Below are positions 9,096 to 19,779 of a DNA stretch of 64,000 bases, piece after piece. Each line of letters opens with the position of its first letter. The first letter of the stretch is position 1. Source of the DNA: a virus; IMG/VR virus record IMGVR_UViG_3300035664_000006, positions 31,884 to 95,883 of that record, one strand, 5' to 3'. The position numbers and the translations under genes were made by a program. The notes beneath the pieces were generated by a model that worked only from the letters and a program-made list of their open reading frames with translations, was not told where the DNA came from and did not search any database.

Positions 9096-10211
9096 TTATT
9101 GACCTTGCTGTATAGTAATCTTGGGACATCCACCCGTAGTAGCACAATTAAAATTAATTGAATATGATTGTTGAGAACTACCACTTTGAGATAAGCTTAA
9201 ATCAGTTGGTTGACCAGATAATGAAATCTTGCCCATATGATTACCAGATCCTTGTTGTAAAGTGTCAATGTGCTTATTATCACCACTTATATCGAGTTCT
9301 AAATATTGATTGCCGGAATCTTTTTGTTGTAGTGATAATGTATTGTTGTTTCCGTTTACATGTGTGAAAATACCTTTAGAACCACCGGTATTCTGTTGTA
9401 ATAGTGAAGCAGTATTATTATTTCCTAAAATACTTAATTCCGTATAATTTACTGAAGCATTCGACGTTGATGTTTCACTTATTGAAATTGTATTATTAGA
9501 ACCGTTGCCATAATATTCTATATAATTGTTTTTAGACCCTGATTGAGTTATTGTTATAGTATTAGAATTACCAAGTTGTTCTATATAAACTTGACTATCG
9601 GACGTTGCTCTATTGATAAATGATTGAACATTCGCAACATTAAATGAATTTGCATTAAAATTAGCAGATGAACCGCCACAGCACAATGTTGGTACAAAAA
9701 AACTTGAAGAAGTAGCTAGGTTGTTAGATGGTACTACGACTATTCCATTACCAATATTCCAATCTAACTGTAGTACCGCACCACCACCGTTTTCATACCA
9801 CCATACATCTATGGCATAAACTTGTCCAGCAGTCAATGTAATGGTACCAGAACCATTAAAGTTATTAGGTCCCTGTTCTACCCAGTTATTAATTACAACT
9901 GTGTTATCAATGGACATATAAAATCCATCGTCACTTCGATCATAAAAAGTTATGGTTTTACTACCAGATGAACCAGGCCACAAAATACTTCCAGTGAAAT
10001 GAATTATTACACCATCAGCTCTTCCCGAACCCATAACAACTCCTCCTCCCCAGTCATAATTTAATGAGGTAGATACACCAGACGATAAAATTGCGCCATT
10101 TGTATTCCTGGATGGAGTTGCGCCACCGGCAGCATATACAATATAATCTAAACCAGCCACTCCATCGGCATATACGTTTATACAAAATAATAACAACAGA
10201 ATAAATTTCAT
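9096..10211 (-). CDS. secreted PA14-domain protein with curlin-like repeats
   Basis: Signal peptide, SDDG..YENGGGA PA14 motifs, QxGxxN repeats. Confidence 0.8.
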   Translation of the reverse strand: MKFILLLLFCINVYADGVAGLDYIVYAAGGATPSRNTNGAILSSGVSTSLNYDWGGGVVMGSGRADGVIIHFTGSILWPGSSGSKTITFYDRSDDGFYMSIDNTVVINNWVEQGPNNFNGSGTITLTAGQVYAIDVWWYENGGGAVLQLDWNIGNGIVVVPSNNLATSSSFFVPTLCCGGSSANFNANSFNVANVQSFINRATSDSQVYIEQLGNSNTITITQSGSKNNYIEYYGNGSNNTISISETSTSNASVNYTELSILGNNNTASLLQQNTGGSKGIFTHVNGNNNTLSLQQKDSGNQYLELDISGDNKHIDTLQQGSGNHMGKISLSGQPTDLSLSQSGSSQQSYSINFNCATTGGCPKITIQQGQ

Positions 10212-11302
10212 TTTAATTGTAATACTCCTGATGATTGAATTATATTCACAATATTACCACCAGGGCTACCATCGCCGATGAGTGTAGATGCGGCAACGCT
10301 ATTTTGTGTAATATTAATTGATGTATTTGAGCTGTATCCTTGTGTTTTTATTTCTGAATAATGCTCAAATGGTGCTACTCGAAATGCAACACCTTTTCCT
10401 TTATCTCGGTCATCATTGCCGTTTTTATCCCATAATACACAAACGTTATTAACTGCATTACACCCCAATTTTCCTGCAGCTGATAACATCGCTAACATAC
10501 GTGCTTGTTCTATTTCTTCACCACTTTTTGCCACTTGACTGGCCAATCTTCTAGTAGCCTCTGCTTCTATTTCTTCTAATTCTTTATCTCGTGGTGATTT
10601 CATAGCTTCTTTCATGACTCGTTGTACTTCTACTGGTTTCACTATTATAAGGTTGTTGGATATTTTTGATTCAATAATATTAATTGATGTAGGTGGCGTT
10701 GGACTCATTGTTGCACTTTGAACATAAGTTGCTTGGAATGCTTCTTCTAATGAAACTTTACCTGCTAGGGTTTCTACATCAATTTTACCAACTTTGCATT
10801 TGTTTTCTTCTAATTCATACTTTTTAATGTCTTTTTCATCTTTACAACTTGGTACTAGAACAATTAAACTCTGTCCAGATTCATCAACCGTCATTGTAAA
10901 ATCAGTGCCTCTAACTGCAATAGCAGCAGTTGGTGTTTTTATATTCACTTGTTGTGGATTATTTTTAGCTATTTGACCAGATGCATACCTAACAGTACCC
11001 ATACCTACCTTGAGTGCTAATTTACCTGCATCACTTGATTTTGGGTCGAATACAAAGTCGTCTATTAATAGACGACTATTTTCTGTTATCTTTACTTTTG
11101 TATCATCTTTAAAAATTATGTTGCTAATACAACCACCAGTTATATAAATATCCATACTTTCAATTGCAGCACCTTTATCACCTGGTAAATTTTGTTTATT
11201 TCGTTCTATTTTACAATTGGTACTAGATACATCGGCAACTGTACCTATTCCGGCTGAAACATTAACAGATAATAAACAAAGTATTACTGCAATAATTGGC
11301 AT
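10208..11302 (-). CDS. FecR-domain protein
   Basis: Signal peptide; IKTPTAAIAVRGTDF. Confidence 0.85.
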   Translation of the reverse strand: MPIIAVILCLLSVNVSAGIGTVADVSSTNCKIERNKQNLPGDKGAAIESMDIYITGGCISNIIFKDDTKVKITENSRLLIDDFVFDPKSSDAGKLALKVGMGTVRYASGQIAKNNPQQVNIKTPTAAIAVRGTDFTMTVDESGQSLIVLVPSCKDEKDIKKYELEENKCKVGKIDVETLAGKVSLEEAFQATYVQSATMSPTPPTSINIIESKISNNLIIVKPVEVQRVMKEAMKSPRDKELEEIEAEATRRLASQVAKSGEEIEQARMLAMLSAAGKLGCNAVNNVCVLWDKNGNDDRDKGKGVAFRVAPFEHYSEIKTQGYSSNTSINITQNSVAASTLIGDGSPGGNIVNIIQSSGVLQLK

Positions 11303-11304
11303 AA

Positions 11305-12099
11305 TTATCTTGCAATTGCGGATTGTGCATTCACTATTGTGCTTGAACTTGATCTAACTGTAATGGTATTGTTATCACCAGTTGTTTTCAAATCAATTGT
11401 AGTATCATTTGACCCTTGTTGTTGGGTAGTAATCGCATTATAATTACCAGCGATGACTTCTTTTAAATAATGTCCAGTTGCACCGGCTACATCACTTTGT
11501 TCAACATTTAATAAGTTATTATTACCTGTAATGCTTAAGAGAGAAGTACCATTTGTACTAGATAAATTTTCAGTAACTTGGTTGGTTCCTCCGGTAATGG
11601 TGAGTGTACTAGTAATATAGTTTCCAATTATATTTTGCATCACGATGTTAGTATTGCCGGTGATAGTTTCAGTTACTTCAACATGTTGATTATCTGTGGA
11701 ATTTGTATCACCAATAACTAATCTATTTTTATTATCATTACCAGATATGGTGTTAGTATATTTATTGTTCCCACCTTTAATACTATATTGCGCCCAGTTA
11801 TTATTACCATGATGTGTCATTGATAAAATATTATTACTACCATTAATAGTTGCATAATTTGATGCACTGGCTGGATCTGGTGTATTAGTAGTTATGTTAG
11901 TGGTTTGATCCGTTGTGATAGTACCAGAAATACCACCGACTGTATTGGTTCCACCTACTTGTTCTATTGTAATAGTATTTGAATTTCCTATTTGTTCTAT
12001 GAAGACACTGTTAGGACCGGTAGCAGTTCCAACAGCCATGGTTAAATTAGAAAACAATATCACTGATGATATTAATAAATAATTCAATAATTGTTTCAT
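11305..12099 (-). CDS. curlin-like repeat protein (CsgA/CsgB-like)
   Basis: Signal peptide; IEQIGNSN and ITGxxN repeats; next to csgG. Confidence 0.75.
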   Translation of the reverse strand: MKQLLNYLLISSVILFSNLTMAVGTATGPNSVFIEQIGNSNTITIEQVGGTNTVGGISGTITTDQTTNITTNTPDPASASNYATINGSNNILSMTHHGNNNWAQYSIKGGNNKYTNTISGNDNKNRLVIGDTNSTDNQHVEVTETITGNTNIVMQNIIGNYITSTLTITGGTNQVTENLSSTNGTSLLSITGNNNLLNVEQSDVAGATGHYLKEVIAGNYNAITTQQQGSNDTTIDLKTTGDNNTITVRSSSSTIVNAQSAIAR

Positions 12100-12113
12100 T
12101 TCAATATGCTCCT

Positions 12114-12914
12114 TTATTGTTTAAACGCCCAATGCCCTTTACGAGCCCCTTCACGAATTGTATCGACAACTGCTGCTTGGACTGCTTTATTAGTTGCTCT
12201 ATTGATACTCTCGTTTATACTACCGCCTATTTCAGCCTCTAATGCTTTAGTATCAGCAGCTATAAATCTTAAAACACCGAATTTATCCATATAACTTAGG
12301 ACAGTCTTGGTCACTGTTACCGAAGTTAAAATCTCACCGGATGTTACTGAAACTGTTCGTAGACTGACAGTTACGGTATCACTTTGGTATTGTGTTTCAC
12401 CACCAATTCCAAAAATTCTTACACCTGCACCACCAGTCAATGTATTTGAATCATACCCGACAATCGCTCCTTCTGCCAATATTCCAGCAAATAACATCGC
12501 TGGTAATGGTTGTGCATCTTTGCCCTGAAATTGCTCACGAGCTTGTCGAATCATCTGCCGTTCTTTAATCAAGTTTTCTAGGCCGACACGTTCAACAACA
12601 GTAAACCATCTCGCATCACCTACATCTTGTAATGCTTTAATTAAGTAATTTTCAGCCCCTTGTGTAACTGCAGAACTTAAACTAGCTATATTTGGCATAG
12701 ATTTACGTTGCCCAGTTTTATCAGTAAATCCATATACTGCAATTGGAATAGGTCCTGATGATGGCGGATCCAATTTATTTTCATCTTTATATAAAAATAA
12801 ACTTTTTTCAATAACTGGATCATCAAATTGTTCACCAGTAATTAATTTATTGATAGCACTACTTGTAGCACACCCTTGCAACAATATCATTGACAGTATA
12901 ATAATTTTTTTCAT
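12114..12914 (-). CDS. csgG: curli secretion channel CsgG
   Basis: Lipobox LQGC; FTDKTGQRK, SAVTQGA, VVERVGLENLIKERQMIR. Confidence 0.92.
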   Translation of the reverse strand: MKKIIILSMILLQGCATSSAINKLITGEQFDDPVIEKSLFLYKDENKLDPPSSGPIPIAVYGFTDKTGQRKSMPNIASLSSAVTQGAENYLIKALQDVGDARWFTVVERVGLENLIKERQMIRQAREQFQGKDAQPLPAMLFAGILAEGAIVGYDSNTLTGGAGVRIFGIGGETQYQSDTVTVSLRTVSVTSGEILTSVTVTKTVLSYMDKFGVLRFIAADTKALEAEIGGSINESINRATNKAVQAAVVDTIREGARKGHWAFKQ

Positions 12915-12916
12915 AA

Positions 12917-13396
12917 TTAGAAATAAAATGTCCCAGCTGGTACTTTCATTGTTGTGGTCTGTAAAGGATTTGAATTATTAGTAATATTGATAATTATCAA
13001 TCCTTGATCAGAACCTGCTCCTAAACTCCAAGTGACATTATTCCCACCAAGATCTGGCATATTTCCACATACCGTACCTGGTGATGTACATGTTGTCCCT
13101 TCGCTAAACATTGAGTCAGTTAATTGTTTAGCCAACTGTGAGTATATTCTAGATTCTAAATTAGCTAAGAATTTAGCTTGCGGGGTATTTTGTGCATCAG
13201 ATAACGCTTTTGCTTGTAATGCATCAGCAGCTGCTTTATTTTTATCTGCTGCTTGTGTTTCTAGCTGATTAATCGTTAATACATGTGAACTATATCCAAC
13301 ACCACTAAATGCTGGACTATTGAATGTATGCTGCAACTCGGCAGATTGTACAACATATGGCCCGATTAAAAATAAAAAACCTAGTATTTTTCTCAT
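12917..13396 (-). CDS. csgF: curli assembly protein CsgF-like
   Basis: AELQHTFNSPAFSG..FLANLESRIYSQL; start refined to MRKIL. Confidence 0.8.
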   Translation of the reverse strand: MRKILGFLFLIGPYVVQSAELQHTFNSPAFSGVGYSSHVLTINQLETQAADKNKAAADALQAKALSDAQNTPQAKFLANLESRIYSQLAKQLTDSMFSEGTTCTSPGTVCGNMPDLGGNNVTWSLGAGSDQGLIIINITNNSNPLQTTTMKVPAGTFYF

Positions 13397-13452
13397 GAAT
13401 ATCCCCCCCCTTAAGTTATTTAAAAAGAGGGGTATTATTATAATACTAGTAG

Positions 13453-14127
13453 TTAATTGACTGGGAATAAGCAATGGTTAACGTATAAATGAGATTGCTC
13501 TTCTGATAAGCCTAATGACATTAGGACTCGTGGGTTATGGGGGTTAAGACGTTGATTTTCAATGTAATATTGATGTTTACTTGAAATATCGTCTATGGTA
13601 TGGTTTGTATCTATTAAGGATACCATATATGCAGTTAACGTTGATGAAACCGTATTTAAAATCTGATCTAATTCTTCATCTGATTGAACATTGCCTGCTG
13701 CAATGATGGAATCTGAAAATATTCGTTTACCCCAATCTGGTAGTTCACGTTTCTTATTCCATTCTAGTTTTTCTGATTCTTCTTTAAACCAATCGGACAA
13801 TGAATGGTTAGCTATTACTGGACTAAAATCATGAAAACATCCAGTTATTTTATTTTTACCTGCAAATACATCAAACCCAAATATAGGAGCAGGATTGTGA
13901 TAATGCGGGTAAATACAACAATGCATCATCCACAATCCACGGGCATCTAGCACATCAATGATATTGACATGTGCTTTTCGATATAATGAAGAACTCCAGG
14001 TTTGATTAGACCAACCTGGGTTGTTAAACTGTCCAGCAATCGGATCAGAAACTTCTTCACCTGATTGCTGGAAAGTATTTAAAAATAACTGTTGTATATC
14101 TGTAAGAGTACACAACAATTTATTCAT
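13453..14127 (-). CDS. pcyX: ferredoxin-dependent bilin reductase (PcyA/PcyX type)
   Basis: MHCCIYP..PIFGFD..DFSP, RELPDWGKRIFS, QRLNPH; adjacent to heme oxygenase. Confidence 0.8.
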   Translation of the reverse strand: MNKLLCTLTDIQQLFLNTFQQSGEEVSDPIAGQFNNPGWSNQTWSSSLYRKAHVNIIDVLDARGLWMMHCCIYPHYHNPAPIFGFDVFAGKNKITGCFHDFSPVIANHSLSDWFKEESEKLEWNKKRELPDWGKRIFSDSIIAAGNVQSDEELDQILNTVSSTLTAYMVSLIDTNHTIDDISSKHQYYIENQRLNPHNPRVLMSLGLSEEQSHLYVNHCLFPVN

Positions 14128-14656
14128 GTAATTCCTTCATAATTTTAATAGCCCATTTAAATGCAACTCTTGCTTCATCACCTAAATCATCAGTAAGTTC
14201 TTCACGAATTGCATTTCTAAGCCCTTCAACATCATCGAATTGGTAAAACTTACCAGAACCTGGTACTGTTTTAGCGATATATTGTCCACCATATAAATCG
14301 CCCATATGACGAACATAAAGATGAGCTTTAATTAAATGTTTAGTTGATGGTTCATTTAATAATCCTAACACATAATTGTTATATGCCAGTGTTGCTGGTA
14401 AAAATGTATAATGTGTGTTAGGATCTCTTAATTCGATAAAATCTTGATAAATTCCAGGTAGTCTTTCAACGCCTGGTAAGTTATCAAAATATCCTAACAC
14501 TTTGCAACCAAATTCAACTGGTCCATATGCTGCAATCATCTGATACAGGTAATTAGTATATAGTTCAGTTGAAATCTTACCAGTTAATAATAATTTTGCA
14601 AAGTTAGTTTTCTCTGCTTCCGTATGTAAATCTTTTGTAATTTCACGTAATGACAT
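14120..14656 (-). CDS. hemO: heme oxygenase
   Basis: LREITKDLHTEAE, HLYVRHMGDLYGGQ; TTGACA-N17-TATAAT at 14708-14680. Confidence 0.9.
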   Translation of the reverse strand: MSLREITKDLHTEAEKTNFAKLLLTGKISTELYTNYLYQMIAAYGPVEFGCKVLGYFDNLPGVERLPGIYQDFIELRDPNTHYTFLPATLAYNNYVLGLLNEPSTKHLIKAHLYVRHMGDLYGGQYIAKTVPGSGKFYQFDDVEGLRNAIREELTDDLGDEARVAFKWAIKIMKELHE

Positions 14657-14716
14657 ATTTTTCCTTATAATAATCATATATTATATCACTGTGCTGGAAT
14701 AGTGTCAAGAAAAAAT

Positions 14717-14795
14717 ATAAATAAAGATGTAGTTCACGGAATTGGCGTTCCTAACTACTTTAATACTGTAAAGGAGTATCAACAATGATATTTAT
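14717..14795 (+). promoter_or_regulatory. conserved endonuclease leader element, copy 3
   Basis: GTAGTTCACGGAA-TTGGCG-TTCCTAACTAC, with a compensatory A-T pair. Confidence 0.85.
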
Positions 14796-15576
14796 AGAAA
14801 ATAAGTATACCATATGGTATAATAAAATTATTAATTCCTCAAAAACTCGTAAATTATCAAATAATGTATATACAGAAAGACATCACATTATACCAAGAAG
14901 TGTTGGAGGGTCTAATGATGACAGTAATATAGCAATTCTTACTGCCCGTGAGCATTTTTTATGCCATTTATTATTAGTTAAAATGACTTCTAATAAAGAA
15001 CGGGTTAAGATGATATATGCTTCTTGGAGAATGGTTTGCACATCTAACAGATATCAAGTAAGACATAAAACAACATCACGGATTTATCAAAAAATTAGAG
15101 AAGATTATATCAATGTTGTTAAAAATAGAAAAATGACTGATGAAACAAAACAAAAATTAAGAGAAGCTAACCTAGGTAAAAAGCATAGTGATGAAAGTAA
15201 AGCAAAAATGTCCAAATCTAGAGCTGGTATACTATTAAATGAAATACACGGGATAGAAAAAGCAAATAAGATTAGGGAAAAACGTTCTGCTTCATTAAAA
15301 GGTAAAAATGCTGGAAAAACTCCTAGATTAGGTGCAAAATTAACAGAAGAATCCAAGCAGAAAATATCCGATAAAGCAAAACTCCGTAAAAAAGAATGCG
15401 AATATTGTAAAAATCAGTATTCTCTTTTAACTTACAATCGTTATCATGGTAAAAATTGTAAATTATCTGGGAATACTGATATTAGATTAATGAAAACTTG
15501 TGTATATTGTGATAAAACTATGGACCCAGCAAATTATGCAAGATATCATGGTGATAAGTGTAAATTAAAACATTAA
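14785..15576 (+). CDS. HNH homing endonuclease with NUMOD3 repeats and two C-terminal Zn-finger-like motifs
   Basis: ERHHIIPRSVGGSN..LTAREHFLCH; CxYC..RYHGxxC twice. Confidence 0.85.
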   Translation: MIFIENKYTIWYNKIINSSKTRKLSNNVYTERHHIIPRSVGGSNDDSNIAILTAREHFLCHLLLVKMTSNKERVKMIYASWRMVCTSNRYQVRHKTTSRIYQKIREDYINVVKNRKMTDETKQKLREANLGKKHSDESKAKMSKSRAGILLNEIHGIEKANKIREKRSASLKGKNAGKTPRLGAKLTEESKQKISDKAKLRKKECEYCKNQYSLLTYNRYHGKNCKLSGNTDIRLMKTCVYCDKTMDPANYARYHGDKCKLKH

Positions 15577-15875
15577 TCTTCACATTCAATTTTTATCTGG
15601 AGTGGAAACCCATTTTCTCTGGCTAGTTTAGTAGCATCAACGGCTTTAATTTCAGCGATTTCAAAATCATATACACCTGCGATACCTGAACCAGTTTCAT
15701 GCACTTGCATAGTAACATCATAAGCAGTTGATTCTGAATGTCTGAATACATCTACGAGCATCATGATTACGAAATCAATTGGTGTATGGTCATCATTTAG
15801 CACGATGACTTTCCAACGTTTTGGTTCTTCTACGCGGATTTTTACTTTTTCTTCAATTTTAACGTCTGTTGACAT
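15573..15875 (-). CDS. clpS: Clp protease adaptor ClpS
   Basis: WKVIVLNDDHTPIDFV..VHETGSG..FPL. Confidence 0.92.
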   Translation of the reverse strand: MSTDVKIEEKVKIRVEEPKRWKVIVLNDDHTPIDFVIMMLVDVFRHSESTAYDVTMQVHETGSGIAGVYDFEIAEIKAVDATKLARENGFPLQIKIECED

Positions 15876-15897
15876 AATGGATTTCCTGTGTAAGTGA

Positions 15898-16326
15898 TTA
15901 TTTAATTTCAATTTGGCGAGGTTTTAATGCCTCTGGTACAACATATTCTAATTCGATTCGTAACAACCCATCTTTAACCTCTGCACCAATAACCTCGATA
16001 TATTCAGCTAATGGAAATTGCACTAAAAAGTTTCGTGAAGCCAATCCACGATGTAAATATTCCCAGTCTGATGAATCATTGGTATCGATATGTTCACCTG
16101 TGATAGTAAGAATATTTTGGTCAACTTCGACATGAATTTCTTCTTTACTAAATCCTGCTACGGCTAATTCGATACTGTAATTAGTTTCATTGTATTTTAA
16201 AATATTATGTGGTGGATAATTGGATTGTGTTGTACTAACTTTGTTGTTAAGCATCCGATCAAATCCCACCAATGCTCTATTTAAATTTGCTAATGTTGCT
16301 GTACCAATTGTTCTAATTGTTGCCAT
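15898..16326 (-). CDS. ibpA: small heat-shock protein Hsp20 (IbpA-like)
   Basis: NYPPHNI, IELAVAGF, YLHRGLASRNF, DGLLRI. Confidence 0.9.
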   Translation of the reverse strand: MATIRTIGTATLANLNRALVGFDRMLNNKVSTTQSNYPPHNILKYNETNYSIELAVAGFSKEEIHVEVDQNILTITGEHIDTNDSSDWEYLHRGLASRNFLVQFPLAEYIEVIGAEVKDGLLRIELEYVVPEALKPRQIEIK

Positions 16327-16413
16327 TTTATATCTCCTTATATAAGCAAGAACAATCGTGAACCCATTGTAGGCATTTCACGATTGTTATTATAACATAC
16401 TACTTTAAATAAA

Positions 16414-18303
16414 TCAAACTTCTTTAAACTCAGCTTGTACAACGTCTTCATCATTAGATGGTGATGATTCAGATGGTTGATCGGCTGCCTGTTTTTTCAT
16501 GAAAACTGGACTTGCTGCTTCAAATAATTTCTGGACTGATTCATTGATTTTTTCAATATCATCGCCCTTTGAAACATCGTCAATATATTGAACTGCAGTT
16601 TCAAAAGCAGATTTTTCTTCATCTGATAATTGATCTTTTACTTCATCAAAGTCTTTCTGTAAGGTATGACGTTGTGATTCAGCTTGATTACGAGCTTCGA
16701 TCAACTCTTTTTGTTTTTTATCTGCTTCAGCATTTTCTTCAGCATCTTTTACCATACGTTGAATTTCTTCTTCAGTTAAACCTGAATCAGATTTAATGGT
16801 AATATTATTTTTCTTACCTGTTGATTTATCTTGTGCTGAAATATGCATGATACCATTGGCATCGATATCGAATGTTACTTCGATTTGTGGAGTACCACGT
16901 CGAGCTGGTTCAATACCGTCTAAGTTGAATTCACCCAATTGTTTATTATAAGCATACAGTTCACGTTCACCTTGTCCCACCTTGATTGTTACTGCGGGTT
17001 GATTATCCTCAGCGGTTGAGAATGTTTGACTCGCTTTCGTAGGGATTGTGGTATTTTTCTGAATCAATTTAGTCATCACACCACCCATGGTTTCGATACC
17101 CAATGACAATGGTGTTACGTCTAATAACAAGATATCAGTTTTGTCGCCTGATAAAACTGCACCTTGAACCGCTGCACCAGCAGCCACTGCTTCGTCTGGA
17201 TTAACATCTTTACGTGGTGCCTTGCCAAACAATTTTTCAACTGCTTCTTGGACTTTTGGCATACGGGTTTGCCCACCGACTAAGATAACTTCATCAATTT
17301 CAGATAAATCGACTTTAGCATCTTTAATTGCAACTTTACATGGTGCAATACTACGTTCGATCAAGTCATCTACTAATGCTTCGAATTTAGCCCGAGTTAA
17401 TTTTACGTTTAGGTGTTTTGGACCAGTTGCATCAGCGGTGATATATGGTAAATTGACATCTGTTTGTTCAGATGATGATAACTCGATTTTAGCTTTTTCT
17501 GCTGCTTCTTTCAAGCGTTGTAAAGCCATGGTATCATTTTTTAGATTCACGCCGGTGTCTTTTTCGAATTCACTTACTAGGTGATCCATTAAACGTTGGT
17601 CGAAATCTTCACCACCTAAAAATGTATCACCATTTGTTGATAATACTTCGATTTGTTTTTCGCCATCAATGTTAGCGATTTCGATGATTGAAATATCAAA
17701 TGTACCACCACCTAGATCATATACAGCAACTTTACGATCCTTGCTGTCAGCTTTATCAACACCGTATGCAAGTGCAGCAGCAGTTGGTTCATTGATAATA
17801 CGAAGAACTTCAAGTCCAGCGATACGACCAGCATCTTTAGTTGCTTGACGTTGTGAGTCATTGAAATAAGCAGGAACAGTGATAACAGCTTGTGATACTT
17901 CATATCCTAAGTAGTCTTCAGCAGTTTTTTTCATTTTACGTAAAACTTCTGCTGAAATTTGTGGGGGTGCTAATTTGTCACCATTTGCTTCAACCCATGC
18001 ATCACCATTTTCAGCTTTAATAATTGAATATGGCATCAGGTCGATATCTTTTTGAACTGCATCTTCGTCAAATTTACGACCGATAAGACGTTTCGCAGCG
18101 TAGATTGTATTTTTTGGATTTGTAACAGATTGCCGTTTAGCGGCTGCACCTACTAATACTTCTGCATCAGTATATGCAATGATTGATGGGGTAGTGCGTG
18201 TACCCTCTGAATTTTCGATTACTTTTGTTGAGCCATTCTCTAAAATAGCTACGCAAGAATTTGTGGTACCTAAATCGATACCGATTACTGTATTTTTACT
18301 CAT
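16414..18303 (-). CDS. dnaK: chaperone DnaK
   Basis: [32 protein letters not shown]. Confidence 0.97.
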   Translation of the reverse strand: MSKNTVIGIDLGTTNSCVAILENGSTKVIENSEGTRTTPSIIAYTDAEVLVGAAAKRQSVTNPKNTIYAAKRLIGRKFDEDAVQKDIDLMPYSIIKAENGDAWVEANGDKLAPPQISAEVLRKMKKTAEDYLGYEVSQAVITVPAYFNDSQRQATKDAGRIAGLEVLRIINEPTAAALAYGVDKADSKDRKVAVYDLGGGTFDISIIEIANIDGEKQIEVLSTNGDTFLGGEDFDQRLMDHLVSEFEKDTGVNLKNDTMALQRLKEAAEKAKIELSSSEQTDVNLPYITADATGPKHLNVKLTRAKFEALVDDLIERSIAPCKVAIKDAKVDLSEIDEVILVGGQTRMPKVQEAVEKLFGKAPRKDVNPDEAVAAGAAVQGAVLSGDKTDILLLDVTPLSLGIETMGGVMTKLIQKNTTIPTKASQTFSTAEDNQPAVTIKVGQGERELYAYNKQLGEFNLDGIEPARRGTPQIEVTFDIDANGIMHISAQDKSTGKKNNITIKSDSGLTEEEIQRMVKDAEENAEADKKQKELIEARNQAESQRHTLQKDFDEVKDQLSDEEKSAFETAVQYIDDVSKGDDIEKINESVQKLFEAASPVFMKKQAADQPSESSPSNDEDVVQAEFKEV

Positions 18304-18376
18304 AATGTTCTCCTTTATTAAGCGAGTTATAATTTGGCACTATGCCTATGTTAAACCCATATGGCGTTTAACGTAA

Positions 18377-18667
18377 TTATTTATCATCTTCTAAAGAAAT
18401 GTGAGACCATTCCTTTAATTTTTTTAATTTATTTTCAGCAGATATTTCAATACCTTCTTTACTTATGATATTATTACAAGCTAGAAGATAAATCATTGCT
18501 TGTAAATCTCCAATTTCTTCTTCAAGATGTTGACGATTTGTTTCACCTTTCCATTCGGTATCTAACCCAAACCTGAAAATTTTGGATATTGCCTGAATAA
18601 CTTCGGCACATTCTTCTTGAGTAATACTAAGTATTTCTCTATGTTGTTCTTCCATAAAAAATCCCAT
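18377..18667 (-). CDS. MazG-like NTP pyrophosphohydrolase
   Basis: EECAEVIQAISK..LEEEIGD. Confidence 0.75.
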   Translation of the reverse strand: MGFFMEEQHREILSITQEECAEVIQAISKIFRFGLDTEWKGETNRQHLEEEIGDLQAMIYLLACNNIISKEGIEISAENKLKKLKEWSHISLEDDK

Positions 18668-18706
18668 GATTTAAAGATTGAATTATACCATGGGGATTCT
18701 ATAATG

Positions 18707-19771
18707 TCAACTAGAATGTCTAGTTTTCTTTAAAGCTTTATCTTTTTTATCTTGCTCTTTCTTTAAAGCTTTATCTTTTTTATCTTGCTCTGCTTTCAAG
18801 ACTTCTTCTAATAATCCTGGATTTTGCTTACACAGTGCATGTTCAATTATATATCTAGCAGTTTCAAAATCTAATCGCCGTCTCCTAACCCCGGATTTTG
18901 TATTTCCTTTAAATGGTGCTAAAAAAACATCATGTGTATTGGTTCTATAATATTCTAATAAGATATTACAATCATCGATTAACATGTTTATATCTACTGG
19001 TGTATTAATTAATATTTTCGATGATGATCTACTACTAACTTTAACTGGACTGGTAATTTTGTCCGGTGTAGTGAAACATATTCTATCAGCGTTGGTACTA
19101 TCAAAACAGATAACACCGAAATTCCCATCATGATTATTAAACTTGATTAAATTTTTACCTAGGTTTAAAGAAGTCAAAGCAAATTTATTTAATGATTTAA
19201 ATGAGCCGATCAACTGATCATTTTTGTAGATATCATAATCATCAGATAATTCAGGACCCCATGTAATAACTATAACTGGGTGTTCAGTGTCTTCAAATGG
19301 ATTTTCTTCTAGTATGTTGATACTACGGATTCTCTTAGATTTATTTGAACTTATCTGATATGTTTCTGGGATTATAGCAACCCCATAATCAAAACTATTC
19401 AAACATTGATTTAACCCTATAACATATAAATCTTCGCATGATGGAAATAGTTCAAAGTATTCCTTGACATTATTTAACTTGTTTCTAGCTGCTGACACTT
19501 TGGCCAAATATGGTGGATTAGTAATGCATAAATCAGTATGGTGTGGCGGGATACTCTTTAAACTATCGTTAATAGGCCAGTTAAATGAATGATCTATGTC
19601 GTAGCCTTTTACTGCATAGTTATCAGCAAATGGGGAAAGTAAATCTCCGCCACCGGCAAATGGGTCAACTATCTGTACAAAATTTAAAGAATCAATAAAT
19701 AATTGAATATTTGACTTAATCCATAAATCCTTTTTTGTAAAAAACTGTCCTAGTTCAACCTTTTTTGTCAT
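18707..19771 (-). CDS. DNA amino-methyltransferase
   Basis: LGQFFT, VDPFAGGG, ITNPPY. Confidence 0.85.
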   Translation of the reverse strand: MTKKVELGQFFTKKDLWIKSNIQLFIDSLNFVQIVDPFAGGGDLLSPFADNYAVKGYDIDHSFNWPINDSLKSIPPHHTDLCITNPPYLAKVSAARNKLNNVKEYFELFPSCEDLYVIGLNQCLNSFDYGVAIIPETYQISSNKSKRIRSINILEENPFEDTEHPVIVITWGPELSDDYDIYKNDQLIGSFKSLNKFALTSLNLGKNLIKFNNHDGNFGVICFDSTNADRICFTTPDKITSPVKVSSRSSSKILINTPVDINMLIDDCNILLEYYRTNTHDVFLAPFKGNTKSGVRRRRLDFETARYIIEHALCKQNPGLLEEVLKAEQDKKDKALKKEQDKKDKALKKTRHSS

Positions 19772-19779
19772 ATATGTCC

